Source of the DNA: a virus
Reading direction: 5' to 3' (one strand)
Virus record (IMG/VR): IMGVR_UViG_3300029812_000326
Location: 32,001-96,000 of that record
DNA: 64,000 nucleotides
A program made the position numbers and the translations under genes. The notes under the pieces are model-generated. The model saw only the letters and a program-made list of their open reading frames with translations. It ran no database searches and was not told where the DNA came from. Positions 39,898 to 50,880 of this stretch are shown piece by piece; positions within the stretch are counted from its first letter, which is position 1; each line of letters begins with the position of its first letter.

Positions 39898-40855
39898 ATA
39901 TTTAGTAGTTTCGCCATATACAATCAATAGAAGTAAAGCGAAACAATATTTTGATGAATTTTTAATTCATCTCAATGCGCCTGGAATTAAAGGAACTTAT
40001 ACATTTTTTGAAGAATTAATGAAGCTTACCGCACAATTTTATTCTTCAATATCGAAACCCACATTTGGACATCAATTTATGGTTGACAAACGGGAGAGTC
40101 CATCATCAGGAAAAATGAATGAAACATGGACAATATTCAATGAGGATTTATATATTATATTTGACCAACAAAATGTTATTGATAATTGTTTAATAACAAA
40201 TTTTAATTATTTTCAAACCAAAAAGGAAAATATATTAAATAGGATTAAAATATGTAGTGAAAAATTGAATATAGCTTCTGCTATAACACAATCAAAAGAT
40301 TCTCCCATTTTTGAAATTAAAGAAAATTTTGATACGATAAGCAATATTGATTTTGAATTAATACCCGAACAAGATGTGGCGACATATGATCAATTTCTTG
40401 GTGGTATAACATTGAGAAGTTCAATAGGAAATAAGGCAAATAAAAAAGATATATCGAAATTTGAAGTTAAAATTTATTGGAATGGCAAAGAAATAGTTGA
40501 AGAAGAATTGTTGAATTCTCCGGACATAAATGATGGGAAACTTTATGGAGTTAATGCTGACCGTGGAGAAAATGGCATAAGAATAGGTTTAACATCTTTA
40601 TCAAAAGCGCCACAATATATTGAACCGCCGGAAGAATTGGAAGAAGAGCCGATAGAAGAAGAAGTCAAGGGTCCAAAGGAAGGCGATACTAGAACATTGA
40701 CAAAAAGTAAAAAAATAAGAGTTGGTTTATCAGATAAAACTATGACCATAACATTATTTCAAATATATAAAAATGGGCAATGGGTTAGGATAGGCGTAGA
40801 AATTTGTATTGATGGTAAATGCAGCACATCGTCCGATTTTAGTGCGTGGGATTAA
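39890..40855 (+). CDS. TPxI family paralog 2, N-terminal part
   Basis: KPTF..PSSGKMN....DLYIIF matches N-termini of 37222 and 42744. Confidence 0.5.
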   Translation: MYRYLVVSPYTINRSKAKQYFDEFLIHLNAPGIKGTYTFFEELMKLTAQFYSSISKPTFGHQFMVDKRESPSSGKMNETWTIFNEDLYIIFDQQNVIDNCLITNFNYFQTKKENILNRIKICSEKLNIASAITQSKDSPIFEIKENFDTISNIDFELIPEQDVATYDQFLGGITLRSSIGNKANKKDISKFEVKIYWNGKEIVEEELLNSPDINDGKLYGVNADRGENGIRIGLTSLSKAPQYIEPPEELEEEPIEEEVKGPKEGDTRTLTKSKKIRVGLSDKTMTITLFQIYKNGQWVRIGVEICIDGKCSTSSDFSAWD

Positions 40856-42183
40856 ATGGTGAATTAATTATGGCATTAACTGAATTATACATAAATAAAA
40901 TTTTTGACGTAGAAACTGACCAAGCTAATGTGGAAAGTTTTGCGGAAATAGAACGAATAATTTTGCTTGATCAAGAAGTTCCCGCAATTGAACGAGCTAA
41001 AAATGAAATTGCACATAAAATTGGAACTAAGAAAACAACTGCAATGTTTCATCAACCATTTTCATCTAAAACAGATTTGAAAAATAATAAATTAACAGCT
41101 CAATATATTATTTCTTTAAAACAAGCAAAACCTGTGAATCAAATAACACTTACAAGTCATAATTTTGGAGAAAATTGTTATTTGAAAGTGAATGAATTAA
41201 AAATTTTTGATGGCACATTAAAGGAAATTCCAACATTTAAGCGGGGAGCCGCAATTGTTCAAGAAGTATCAACAAAGATGGCTGATAATCAATATGCGCG
41301 CACCATCCGATGGTTATTTCCTGCAACTAATGTGTCACAAATTATACTTGAATTAGAACAAACAAATTATTATCCTGTGCGATATTCATTGGCGTGTTAT
41401 TGTCCTTATTACCTCGTGGCAGGAAAGATTGATACTTCAGCAAATCCTAGCGAAGCTAAATTAATTGATATTTCTTGCAAAGCACTGTTTAATGATATAG
41501 TAAAAAGTTTCGGACCAGAAGCATTAACAAATATTGAAGCAGTTAATTCAGCATTAGATTTTTCTGTTGCTGAATTAGCAAAATATTACGATTTTTATAT
41601 GAATTATGGACCGGGATTGCCTCCTGGCGCCCTTGGAAAGTTGGCTCCTTTGCCAGAATTTAAATTGAACACGGACGTTGGTCAAAACGGAATTTTCACA
41701 GTTCCTCGAGAGGAATCAAATCGATATAGATATGCAATAGGAATAGCTGATATTAGTCTTGGATTGATGAACTATGACATCGCGTCCATATTTGTTTCGA
41801 AACCTCATAGAATTAAACAATTGAGCGAAATTTCATTGGAAGTCAATGATTTTATACCAATAGAATTTGGGGTTGGCGAATGGATGAAATATTATATATC
41901 ATTTGATAATGGTGTGTCATATATAAGAATAAATCCAATAAATTACAATGATATTAAATTTGCAGATAATCTTGTAATCCCGAAAACAATATATTGCAAT
42001 TCAGATATTTCTGATGAATATAAAAATAGAAATCCAAGTGGGATTCATGCTTATTATGATTCCGATTCGAAAATTGAAAATGTCCGACTCAAAGTTGAAC
42101 TATTTCGTCCATCCGAACTTGAATATAAAAATTTTACTCCAATACTTTATTCATACACATTAAAAATTAAATTAACGAGATAA
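40846..42183 (+). CDS. TPxI family paralog 2, C-terminal part (start may be 40870)
   Basis: YRYAIGIADI, FVSKP, KYYIS, C-term FTPILYSYTL. Confidence 0.5.
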   Translation: MGLNGELIMALTELYINKIFDVETDQANVESFAEIERIILLDQEVPAIERAKNEIAHKIGTKKTTAMFHQPFSSKTDLKNNKLTAQYIISLKQAKPVNQITLTSHNFGENCYLKVNELKIFDGTLKEIPTFKRGAAIVQEVSTKMADNQYARTIRWLFPATNVSQIILELEQTNYYPVRYSLACYCPYYLVAGKIDTSANPSEAKLIDISCKALFNDIVKSFGPEALTNIEAVNSALDFSVAELAKYYDFYMNYGPGLPPGALGKLAPLPEFKLNTDVGQNGIFTVPREESNRYRYAIGIADISLGLMNYDIASIFVSKPHRIKQLSEISLEVNDFIPIEFGVGEWMKYYISFDNGVSYIRINPINYNDIKFADNLVIPKTIYCNSDISDEYKNRNPSGIHAYYDSDSKIENVRLKVELFRPSELEYKNFTPILYSYTLKIKLTR

Positions 42184-42747
42184 ATGAATAAAAAATGGTC
42201 CAAAAAATATGATCGTTGTCAAAAATGTGGAACCACGGGAAGTCCGCATGCCGGGCATGGATTATGTAGAAAATGCCATGAAATATGGTATTATAATAAT
42301 CCAAAAGGAAATAAAATTAAACAAAAAGTTGCAAAAAAATATCATAGTTCAGAAAAAGGCAAACTTGTATTTCGAAATGCAACTAAAAAATGGAGGTTGT
42401 TGCATCAAGAAGAAATAAGAATTTATTCTAAAGAATATAATCAACGCCCAGAAATAAAGAAGAATAACATAATAAAAACAAATATTCGTCGGGCGCGGAA
42501 AAAATCCGTAGATTTTTGGTCTGAAGAAATGTCTGAACGATGGGAATGGATAATAGATGCAACAGAGGGATATTGTCCATGTTGTGGAGAACCATTTGAT
42601 AATGGAAAACATAAACTTACAATGGATCATATAATTCCATTAACTCCAAAATCAGGAGATCCACAAGGAATTCATCATATTGATAATGTTCAAGTATTAT
42701 GTAAAAGTTGTAATAGTTCAAAACATAATAGGTTGGAACCGAAATGA
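42184..42747 (+). CDS. Freestanding HNH homing endonuclease (KWSxKY family)
   Basis: KKWSKKYDRCQKCG..GHGLC; DATEGYCPCCG..TMDHIIP..HHIDNVQVLCKSCN; nuclease region near-identical to 27623 gene. Confidence 0.9.
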   Translation: MNKKWSKKYDRCQKCGTTGSPHAGHGLCRKCHEIWYYNNPKGNKIKQKVAKKYHSSEKGKLVFRNATKKWRLLHQEEIRIYSKEYNQRPEIKKNNIIKTNIRRARKKSVDFWSEEMSERWEWIIDATEGYCPCCGEPFDNGKHKLTMDHIIPLTPKSGDPQGIHHIDNVQVLCKSCNSSKHNRLEPK

Positions 42748-45278
42748 GTATAAGCAAAGAACAAATCTTAGCATTTACGAATGCAACTATAAAATATTTT
42801 ATTTTTGACAAGGGTGTAATGCCCAGTCCATGGAAAATATTTAGTTATCTTGATAATTATTTAAAAGAAAATGATATCATATTGGGTTTTCCAATTTTCA
42901 AAGCCTATCATCAGCCAGAAAATGGGCAATCGAATTTGAAAGAATATAATAGAAATATTAAAGATTTAACTTTTGATTTGACAATATTTTATAATGAGCT
43001 TATAAATCAAGGCGCAAGGATTCTAGATTTTTTCAGCTCATCAGAAATACAATATAGATCATTATTACAAAATTTGAAAAAATTAGTATTTGATTTTGAA
43101 AATTTGTTAAATTACGAATCGGCTAATTATGTTGTAGGAGACAATTTTTCTGATTATTCTAAAGTTGATTTGCGTAATACTACCGCAAAAATTGATACGG
43201 CGGCGGGAAAAATTGTTATTGGTGATGGACAGTCAAACAAATTAGATTTGTCATTTTATCAGGATATATCTGAACCACCAAATTTGGAAATTTTAGTGCC
43301 TTATATTTCGAGAACTAAATTACCAGAAAATGCATTTTCAAATATTTTGATATCTACGAATAACATTTGGACTGAAATATTGTTAACGGAAAGTCCTAAA
43401 GGCTGCTCATTGCGATTTGAATTGCCGCTGACAAAGACGGGGAAAAATGTTGAAATAAATCGAATTTATATTAGTTTGATGTCTCCCAAAATAACCAACG
43501 TAAACGTTGAATATTTACGAGATGGGAATTGGAAACAAATTTTTGATGAAAATATTGATGATATAGATGTTATATCATTCCGACCAATAATGACAAATAA
43601 GTTGCGCTTTATTTTGTCAAAAATTGAACCGGATTCGAATTATGGGAGCAAATATTTTTATCATTTCGGAATTAAACAAATTGAACTTTATAAATTCAAT
43701 GCCGGACAAATGGCTCAATTTAGGTCAAAGCCATTAAATATAGATGCTAACGAACAAGAGGATATAGGAATAGGAGAAATAACGTTAGAAGCCGATGAAA
43801 ATATTCCAGAAGATACCTCAATCGAATATTATATTGCAGAAAATCCTTATTTAACGGGATCATTTGTTCTTGATTCAGATCATGATGTTATTGTTGATGA
43901 TCAATATGGAGAAGATTCAGTATTTATTGTCGGCAACACTGGCTTTACTCGTTGGTGGGAAATTGCTGATTCTGGAATTTCTATTTTATCGGGAGAATTA
44001 CCTAGCGGGGAATTTAGATGGATACAAATTGAACCTATAAATCGTTCAGGAGCAACGAAAACAGCAATTAATTTTGATTATTTAACAGAAGCAAATAATA
44101 ATGAATTCTCCGATGGTTATATATTGAAAATTGATAATTTTGCAGAAACTTTCAGTATTGGGGATCTTAAATTATATAAAATTTATGAATGGTTTGATCC
44201 CATTGATGCGGGAAAGCAAGTTGTCCCATTGAAAATAAAAGTATATGCGGGAAAAAATTGTTGGCTATTCGAAGAAAAATTTTATGAACATACACAATAT
44301 TTTGAAACAAATGGAATTTTGGAAGATGGGGAATGTGTAATGAATGGCTCATATAAAAAACGCATTCTTCATAATTCAATAATATCTGTAAGATCCGCGG
44401 GTTCACTGGAAAAATATGAACCAATTGAAGATTATGTTGTCATATACGGCACACCAGAATTTGGCGCAACAATTAGATCCAATGTTGGTAATATGATAGC
44501 GGAAGCAGATGAAACTCTACCAATAACATATATTTATGGTGTTAATTTCTTAACTTCGAGATATATATACAAATGCTATATTAATTTGCCAAAAAATGTT
44601 TATGAAAATGTGCAAGAATCGAATGCGGAAATCCCTAAAATTAAATTTATTTGGTGGAATACTGATATTGGAAAAATTAAAACAATTTCAATAACAAATT
44701 TCGATGATGATATGGTTGAATTAAGTAAGCATGTTGAATATGAATATGAACATAATATGAGTCGAACAATTCAACTTATTGATATAGGAAGAGGATTTGG
44801 AACATTTGAGATAGAAATTGAATTCGATATTCCCGAAGATATACTTAACGCTGAAAGTGATATTGCACGTAAAATATTAGATGAATTTAATCCGATTTCG
44901 CGTGTAATATTGCCCCAATATCTTGAACCAAGTGCGTGGAATGAGCCCTTATATCAAATTGGTAGTGATACCTTAAAATATATGACACATAAATATGATC
45001 ATACGAAGTTTGCACTTTATCAGGAATCAAATGGAAGATACGTATTACTCACAAATAATATGGGACAATTTTTAGGCAGCACGAGATTGGTTTTTAAAAA
45101 TGAAATTTTGGATTCGCAGACTGGATTCTTAGGTATAGACCCTTCAGAATTTTTTGATATTTCATTTAAAGTAGTAAATAAAATATGTGATTCACTATTA
45201 TTTAGAGCAGTTTTAAAAAGTCAAATTGATACAACACCTGAAATTCGTTCATATAAATTGATAATCAAAAATGAATAA
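42744..45278 (+). CDS. TPxI family paralog 3
   Basis: FPIF..YNRN..DL; YHFGIKQI; FRSKP; IEYYI; C-term TTPEIRSYKL. Confidence 0.5.
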   Translation: MSISKEQILAFTNATIKYFIFDKGVMPSPWKIFSYLDNYLKENDIILGFPIFKAYHQPENGQSNLKEYNRNIKDLTFDLTIFYNELINQGARILDFFSSSEIQYRSLLQNLKKLVFDFENLLNYESANYVVGDNFSDYSKVDLRNTTAKIDTAAGKIVIGDGQSNKLDLSFYQDISEPPNLEILVPYISRTKLPENAFSNILISTNNIWTEILLTESPKGCSLRFELPLTKTGKNVEINRIYISLMSPKITNVNVEYLRDGNWKQIFDENIDDIDVISFRPIMTNKLRFILSKIEPDSNYGSKYFYHFGIKQIELYKFNAGQMAQFRSKPLNIDANEQEDIGIGEITLEADENIPEDTSIEYYIAENPYLTGSFVLDSDHDVIVDDQYGEDSVFIVGNTGFTRWWEIADSGISILSGELPSGEFRWIQIEPINRSGATKTAINFDYLTEANNNEFSDGYILKIDNFAETFSIGDLKLYKIYEWFDPIDAGKQVVPLKIKVYAGKNCWLFEEKFYEHTQYFETNGILEDGECVMNGSYKKRILHNSIISVRSAGSLEKYEPIEDYVVIYGTPEFGATIRSNVGNMIAEADETLPITYIYGVNFLTSRYIYKCYINLPKNVYENVQESNAEIPKIKFIWWNTDIGKIKTISITNFDDDMVELSKHVEYEYEHNMSRTIQLIDIGRGFGTFEIEIEFDIPEDILNAESDIARKILDEFNPISRVILPQYLEPSAWNEPLYQIGSDTLKYMTHKYDHTKFALYQESNGRYVLLTNNMGQFLGSTRLVFKNEILDSQTGFLGIDPSEFFDISFKVVNKICDSLLFRAVLKSQIDTTPEIRSYKLIIKNE

Positions 45279-45281
45279 ATT

Positions 45282-45557
45282 ATGATCAACAAATTTCGAT
45301 ATAGCAGAAGAATTTTTCGTTCGAATTATCCACTGTCTTCAAGAACGTGGGGAGCAATATTAGAAGAAATACAATCAATTTTTTGTCAATATTTCGGAAA
45401 TACGATAAATAAAGAAAAAATTGCAACTGGAATTGTTGGCGAATTAATTGATGAATTATCAACGTTCTATACTGAGACATGGGGGAATTCTGACGAAACA
45501 AATGCGAATTTTATGAATTTATTGACAAATATAAAACATTCATTGTCGAAGAAATAA
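45282..45557 (+). CDS. Small structural protein similar to N-terminus of 45574 ORF
   Basis: FRSNYPLSS...EEI vs FRGPLSS...EEI. Confidence 0.45.
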   Translation: MINKFRYSRRIFRSNYPLSSRTWGAILEEIQSIFCQYFGNTINKEKIATGIVGELIDELSTFYTETWGNSDETNANFMNLLTNIKHSLSKK

Positions 45558-45573
45558 ACGTTGGAGGTGAGAA

Positions 45574-46704
45574 ATGAATTTGACCCGGTGGCATCAAGCA
45601 TTTCGCGGACCATTATCTAGCGAACTGCTAAATCGCGCATTTGAAGAAATTTATGAGGAATTAGGCAAAGCAATCGAATATGTACAGCATCTATCGGAAA
45701 ATAAGCAAACATTAACTGATGCCCTATCATATCAATTGAATGCAATTGCTGGGATTTACGGAGCAGAAAATACAGCTGTAGGCAATATGAATACTACTCG
45801 AGGAATTCTGCATAGGAATATGTACATTGATACAGGAATAACTAATGCCGCGGGCACGGTTCAAGCTACGATAAATGCGATGTATGGCATTGCGCATTTG
45901 CCGATTGGTCGCAAATTATCGATGGTTCCACAAGAAAAAAATGTTTATGGGGAAAGCGTTGCTGATTCCCTAATTAAAATTTATTTGGATGATGATTTGC
46001 AACCATCGGATGCAAATATCTACGAAATGTTACATAGAAAAGTGAACGCAATATGGTTTGGAAAAAATGTTGGCGCTGCGCTTAAAGTTATAAGAATAAA
46101 TTTTCCGAAAGCGCCTAATACTAAATTGAATTATATTGAATTTCAACCGGCGCCGATACTCAATGAAACTATTGATAATATTCAAATAAGAAATTATAAT
46201 AATTTATATCAATCGCCATATGACGGATGTCCCGCGGTAAATAATAATACTATGCTGTGTTTCGAAAATAATTCATTTAATGATTCTATTCAATTTGAAT
46301 TGATGCCATGGAATATCGATGGTGGAATTTGTGGGATGAAATATTTTGATTGTGGTTATGCAGATTATATTGGGGCGGCCAATATTAGATTTATTATGTC
46401 AACTGCGGCACCTGGAACGATTAATACAATTACTCATATTTTTCATGAACCAAACAATTTGAATTTTGTCCATCCTGGACCCAATTATTTAGGATTTTTA
46501 GATAATCCACCTGTAAAAATTAGTCTTCGGAAAAATAGCCATGCGGGAACTTTATTATGGGATAACGTTAATTATGCTTATCCGCAAGATAGCGGCATTC
46601 CCATAACTGCGGGGGGAATTACAGATATTTATATCGAAATTGAATTTATAAAGATGAATGACAGTACACCGATCTTCCAAAATATTACAATTTATTATGA
46701 TTAA
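45574..46704 (+). CDS. TPxI family paralog 4 (short)
   Basis: GGAGGTGA SD; C-term STPIFQNITI. Confidence 0.5.
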   Translation: MNLTRWHQAFRGPLSSELLNRAFEEIYEELGKAIEYVQHLSENKQTLTDALSYQLNAIAGIYGAENTAVGNMNTTRGILHRNMYIDTGITNAAGTVQATINAMYGIAHLPIGRKLSMVPQEKNVYGESVADSLIKIYLDDDLQPSDANIYEMLHRKVNAIWFGKNVGAALKVIRINFPKAPNTKLNYIEFQPAPILNETIDNIQIRNYNNLYQSPYDGCPAVNNNTMLCFENNSFNDSIQFELMPWNIDGGICGMKYFDCGYADYIGAANIRFIMSTAAPGTINTITHIFHEPNNLNFVHPGPNYLGFLDNPPVKISLRKNSHAGTLLWDNVNYAYPQDSGIPITAGGITDIYIEIEFIKMNDSTPIFQNITIYYD

Positions 46705-46719
46705 GAGGTTATAAATAAA

Positions 46720-47682
46720 ATGGGACAAATATTTGCCGATACTGATAAATTTACTGCTGGCGAAATACCTAAAGTTACTAAATTCCAGCGCATTGTTAAT
46801 TATTTGAATCGTCATATAATGCATCGGAAAAATAAAATAAAAAGTCCGGGCAATTATGAACATTGGTCAGAATGTCTTAAATATGATGATGGCAATAGTG
46901 GCATATCTGTTTATGACAAATTAAAACAGCAACTTAATCCAAATGTTGATGATAGAAAATGTGCAACAGTATGTTTATCAAGGAATCCTGATATTAATGC
47001 AAGCTCAATATTATATAGGACTTCTTATAATTTTACGTGCAATGGGTCCCGAGATGAGGAAGAATTCCAAAAAGCATGGACGCTAATTAGCCAACGGGGA
47101 CTAGGAAAAATATTTTTTAGAAAAGGCATATATGAATTTGAAAAGACTTCTTATTTGCAATTTCCCGCGCATGAACAAGAAAATAAGCCATTTTGTATAG
47201 TAATTGAAGGAGAACAGGGTGCACAATTGCATCATAAAATTCCATTTACAGCAGAAGATAATGCCATGTTTGTTCTTCAAACGGAAAATGGATATGTATA
47301 TCAACCAACATTAATATTTAAAAATTTAGTATTTTTAGGCGGATTAAATACTTCGAGATTTATGAAACTAAATGAAAATGCAACTTTGCCTTACACTATT
47401 ATATTTGATCGTTGTGCATTTTGGATTCGAGATGAATCAATGGAACGGGATTGGTCATCATTAGATTTATCTGGAAATAATAAAATTGGACATATTTATT
47501 TTAATGAATGTTATTTTCGCAGAATATATTTATCTAAAACTTATCCATCTGGATTTGTGGGACATTTGGGACATATAATTAAAGCTGATAAGTTGGCATT
47601 GATTAAAACTGAAAATTGCATATTTGAAGATCGAGGAAATCGGCACGATTGGGATAAATTCAAATATGTGCATCCGGTATAA
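46720..47682 (+). CDS. Tailspike-like beta-helix protein 1 (YEHW family)
   Basis: NYEHWSE anchor motif; IFFRKGIY, IEGE, FKNL.F, FDRC.F beta-helix repeats. Confidence 0.6.
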   Translation: MGQIFADTDKFTAGEIPKVTKFQRIVNYLNRHIMHRKNKIKSPGNYEHWSECLKYDDGNSGISVYDKLKQQLNPNVDDRKCATVCLSRNPDINASSILYRTSYNFTCNGSRDEEEFQKAWTLISQRGLGKIFFRKGIYEFEKTSYLQFPAHEQENKPFCIVIEGEQGAQLHHKIPFTAEDNAMFVLQTENGYVYQPTLIFKNLVFLGGLNTSRFMKLNENATLPYTIIFDRCAFWIRDESMERDWSSLDLSGNNKIGHIYFNECYFRRIYLSKTYPSGFVGHLGHIIKADKLALIKTENCIFEDRGNRHDWDKFKYVHPV

Positions 47683-47685
47683 AAT

Positions 47686-48288
47686 ATGATAGCAAAATGT
47701 ATTTGTGAAGACGGAAGAATAATTGTATGTCCATTTGGTTATTTTCCGGGTAGCATAATACCAAATGAAGTTTGTGATTTTTGGGAAGGACACGATCCTG
47801 ATGATCCAGTCGGAGGAGATCCTGGAGATCAAGATTTAAGTTTGCCCGCAATTCATATTACAGATTGTGGTCAAACATCAATAAAATTTTGTGATTTCCA
47901 AGGACAAAATTGTATTATAGCAGTTAAATCAACTTCTGCACAACCCCAAAATCTTATATTTCATGGAAATAAAATTTTATTATTTGGATATAATATGTTG
48001 GATTCAGTTTATTTTAATTCGATATTTTATACGTATAATGTAAAAGGTTCATTGACCGATAATATATTTATTGGATTGTTGACGGAAACTCCAGGTGGTG
48101 GAATTATTTATGCAACAAGATTTGCTGGAACGTTTAAACCAGAGCCGCTATTTAATATATTGACATTCCCGCAAGTGGGTGCCCAAAATTATAGTCAAAC
48201 CCCCGCATATTGGTTTTGGGGATGCGATCCTCGGGGTGCTAATCTTTGGTTTGGAAGGCATTTTGCAAATATCTATGAGGTGGAATAA
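47686..48288 (+). CDS. Probable C-terminal continuation/partner of tailspike 1
   Basis: Same frame as 46720 after TAA-AAT; beta-helix-like IKFCDF, FHGNKI, TDNIF. Confidence 0.4.
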   Translation: MIAKCICEDGRIIVCPFGYFPGSIIPNEVCDFWEGHDPDDPVGGDPGDQDLSLPAIHITDCGQTSIKFCDFQGQNCIIAVKSTSAQPQNLIFHGNKILLFGYNMLDSVYFNSIFYTYNVKGSLTDNIFIGLLTETPGGGIIYATRFAGTFKPEPLFNILTFPQVGAQNYSQTPAYWFWGCDPRGANLWFGRHFANIYEVE

Positions 48289-49514
48289 TGAAATTTGAAA
48301 CCCAATTGTGGAAACGTTGGGAATTTCCTTCATATGAAAAATTAAATTCCTTGATAGAAGGCATAAATAAACATATTAAACACAGAAAAACGCTGACTGG
48401 AATTTTCGAATATACCGATCCTGATGGCAATTATGAACATTGGGCATCAGTGGTTCGTTGTCTTGCATTTCCTGATGTTCAATGGGCATTAGATAATGAG
48501 CCTTCAGGAACATTTGATACTTATAATTCGGCAATTATAGTTGCTCCTGAATCTAGAAGAGCATATGTATCCGCTGATTATTATGTTGATAATCCGTCTG
48601 CAGATTTGCCGGCAATTCTGGATGCAGCGGCCGGAGCAACTGTATTTTTCCTTGCTGGTGATTATCTTTTTACAACGGATTTTACGATAAATAATCCGGC
48701 GACTCTAATTGGTGAATCTTCTGCTACTACGAGGTTCATATTTTCAAATGGAATGCGATTACTATATTCTGGCAATGCGGATTCTGCTGCAGCACCAGTA
48801 AGATTTAAAAATTTATTATTTCAAGGTAGCTATGAGGAATTCATTGCAGGGATTGGTATGACATTTGATAAATGTATTTTTTATTATCAAAGTGCTTCGC
48901 ATGAGATTGCGGCTGTTACGGGTTTAATAGAAACATCCGCTGGAGATTATCCAGGAGAATTACGAATTGATAATTGTCAATTTATAATTCATGGACCAGG
49001 AATGGCATTTGGTTCTAGCGATGCTATAATTTATGAAAATCTTATTGCAATAAAGCATGATTATGGCAAATTATATGTTGTAGATTCTGTAATTGACTAT
49101 TATTTTGGTCCATCAGTATATTTTCAATATGGAATTTATGCTACAAAATATTTGAAAATTTCTAATTCAAGAATTGTAACATATGATGAGACTATATTTT
49201 TTGATGGTGCAACCGAAAATTTAATAATTAAAAATTGCGAATTAGGCAGAAAGCGATTTGAAGATTCGTCAGGAGTTGTTCTTATTAGCGATGCTATCCA
49301 TACTTGTGTAACTCGGACTAAAATACAATATACTACTGGTCCTGCATCAGCAACAAAATTTGCAATTTATCAATTGGGCACATTTAATGGATTTATTGGT
49401 ATGAATGTATTTAATACCAATATTGATGTCAATGGTAATACGATTTCTAATTATAATGGATTTAATTCCATTGTAGAAAAAGATTTGGTATTTAACTTTT
49501 TACAGTATCCATAA
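48288..49514 (+). CDS. Tailspike-like beta-helix protein 2 (YEHW family)
   Basis: NYEHWAS; VFFLAGDY; LIGES; FKNLLF. Confidence 0.6.
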   Translation: MKFETQLWKRWEFPSYEKLNSLIEGINKHIKHRKTLTGIFEYTDPDGNYEHWASVVRCLAFPDVQWALDNEPSGTFDTYNSAIIVAPESRRAYVSADYYVDNPSADLPAILDAAAGATVFFLAGDYLFTTDFTINNPATLIGESSATTRFIFSNGMRLLYSGNADSAAAPVRFKNLLFQGSYEEFIAGIGMTFDKCIFYYQSASHEIAAVTGLIETSAGDYPGELRIDNCQFIIHGPGMAFGSSDAIIYENLIAIKHDYGKLYVVDSVIDYYFGPSVYFQYGIYATKYLKISNSRIVTYDETIFFDGATENLIIKNCELGRKRFEDSSGVVLISDAIHTCVTRTKIQYTTGPASATKFAIYQLGTFNGFIGMNVFNTNIDVNGNTISNYNGFNSIVEKDLVFNFLQYP

Positions 49515-49523
49515 GGAGTATTT

Positions 49524-50849
49524 GTGGGTGAATTATTTCTTAAATTTGGACGTTTTAAAAAGCTTGCTGCGAAAATCCTTAATAAATTGACGCACAAGTT
49601 GAACGACCATACTAATGCGTGTGGACACATCCCATCATATCCCGGCGATCAATATGAGCATTGGGCTTCTGCATTTAAATTTGATGATATTTCATTAGAA
49701 GAAGCACTTAATAATAGAGAAACAAGTGCCATATTAGATTCTAAATGCGGATCTCTCATAATAGCACAATCTGCTGATCGGGCAGATCAAGGATTTGTGG
49801 CTGATGTTGATCATTTCCAAGATACTTTACATTCTGCTATTGATGCTGTCCATGATTTTGACGGAGCATCTATTCTTGTTTTAAGTGGAACATATTATTT
49901 TGATGATTCATTTAGATGCCATGCAGATGTTGAAATTATTGGGGAATCAAAAGATTGTGTAAAATTTGTTACTAATTTTTCCGATAATGAAATTCTCCAT
50001 CTTTCAAAAGGAACATTTAGAAATATAACATTTATTTCTGAAACAGGTAAATATTTTATTGGTGGAGTAGTAAGCGTTGGGGCATCTGATTATTATTATA
50101 CTGAAAGTAGTTATCCGGTAGATTTGATATTTGATAATTGTAATTTTGAATTTAGATCTGATGATCTTAGTTCTACGTTGCAATTTGATTTTAATCGCTC
50201 TGTTCCATATACATATTGTCGCGTAGTTTTTAATGAATGTGATTTTATAAATTATAGAACTGCTTCTCCACCTGTTTTGCGGGCCGTGATATGTGTTCAA
50301 TTGCTGCATTGTTTAAATGCACCGCCCAAATTTATATTTAACAAGTGCAATTTTTATTACGGCGATGAAGCAACTGCCAATTATGAACGTTGGTTATATA
50401 TGTATTCAGAATTTCGTCCCTCAACCGGGCATGGGGAAAATACTTCGGAAGAGCAAGTTACTAAAGCAACATTTTATCGATGTAATATCTATAATAGTCC
50501 TTCTGCTGCTGTAATAAACTATCATAATCCAATTTGTGGTAGCAATTTTGGTTTGGAAATGTATCATTGTAATCTTGAAACTAAAACTCCCCATGCCATA
50601 TATGCAACGCTTGGTGGGTTAATATTCATGCGATTATTTTTCAATAATTTTACCACTACAGGATTATGTTTCTATCAATATGATAATGAAAATTATGACT
50701 ATAATTTGAATACTTTAGCATTTATATATAATATAACAGATCAATTGTTTCCAACCACCATCAATAATAATTTGATACTTTACTGGAATACAAATATTGT
50801 GAGAACTGGTAATACAAATCCTTTGTATCAAGGAGATGTGGTATTCTGA
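49524..50849 (+). CDS. Tailspike-like beta-helix protein 3 (YEHW family)
   Basis: QYEHWAS; ILVLSGTY; IIGES; FRNITF; GTG start with AAGGAG SD. Confidence 0.6.
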   Translation: MGELFLKFGRFKKLAAKILNKLTHKLNDHTNACGHIPSYPGDQYEHWASAFKFDDISLEEALNNRETSAILDSKCGSLIIAQSADRADQGFVADVDHFQDTLHSAIDAVHDFDGASILVLSGTYYFDDSFRCHADVEIIGESKDCVKFVTNFSDNEILHLSKGTFRNITFISETGKYFIGGVVSVGASDYYYTESSYPVDLIFDNCNFEFRSDDLSSTLQFDFNRSVPYTYCRVVFNECDFINYRTASPPVLRAVICVQLLHCLNAPPKFIFNKCNFYYGDEATANYERWLYMYSEFRPSTGHGENTSEEQVTKATFYRCNIYNSPSAAVINYHNPICGSNFGLEMYHCNLETKTPHAIYATLGGLIFMRLFFNNFTTTGLCFYQYDNENYDYNLNTLAFIYNITDQLFPTTINNNLILYWNTNIVRTGNTNPLYQGDVVF

Positions 50850-50880
50850 TAAATAAGTGGTTTCAAAATAAGGAGTTAAT

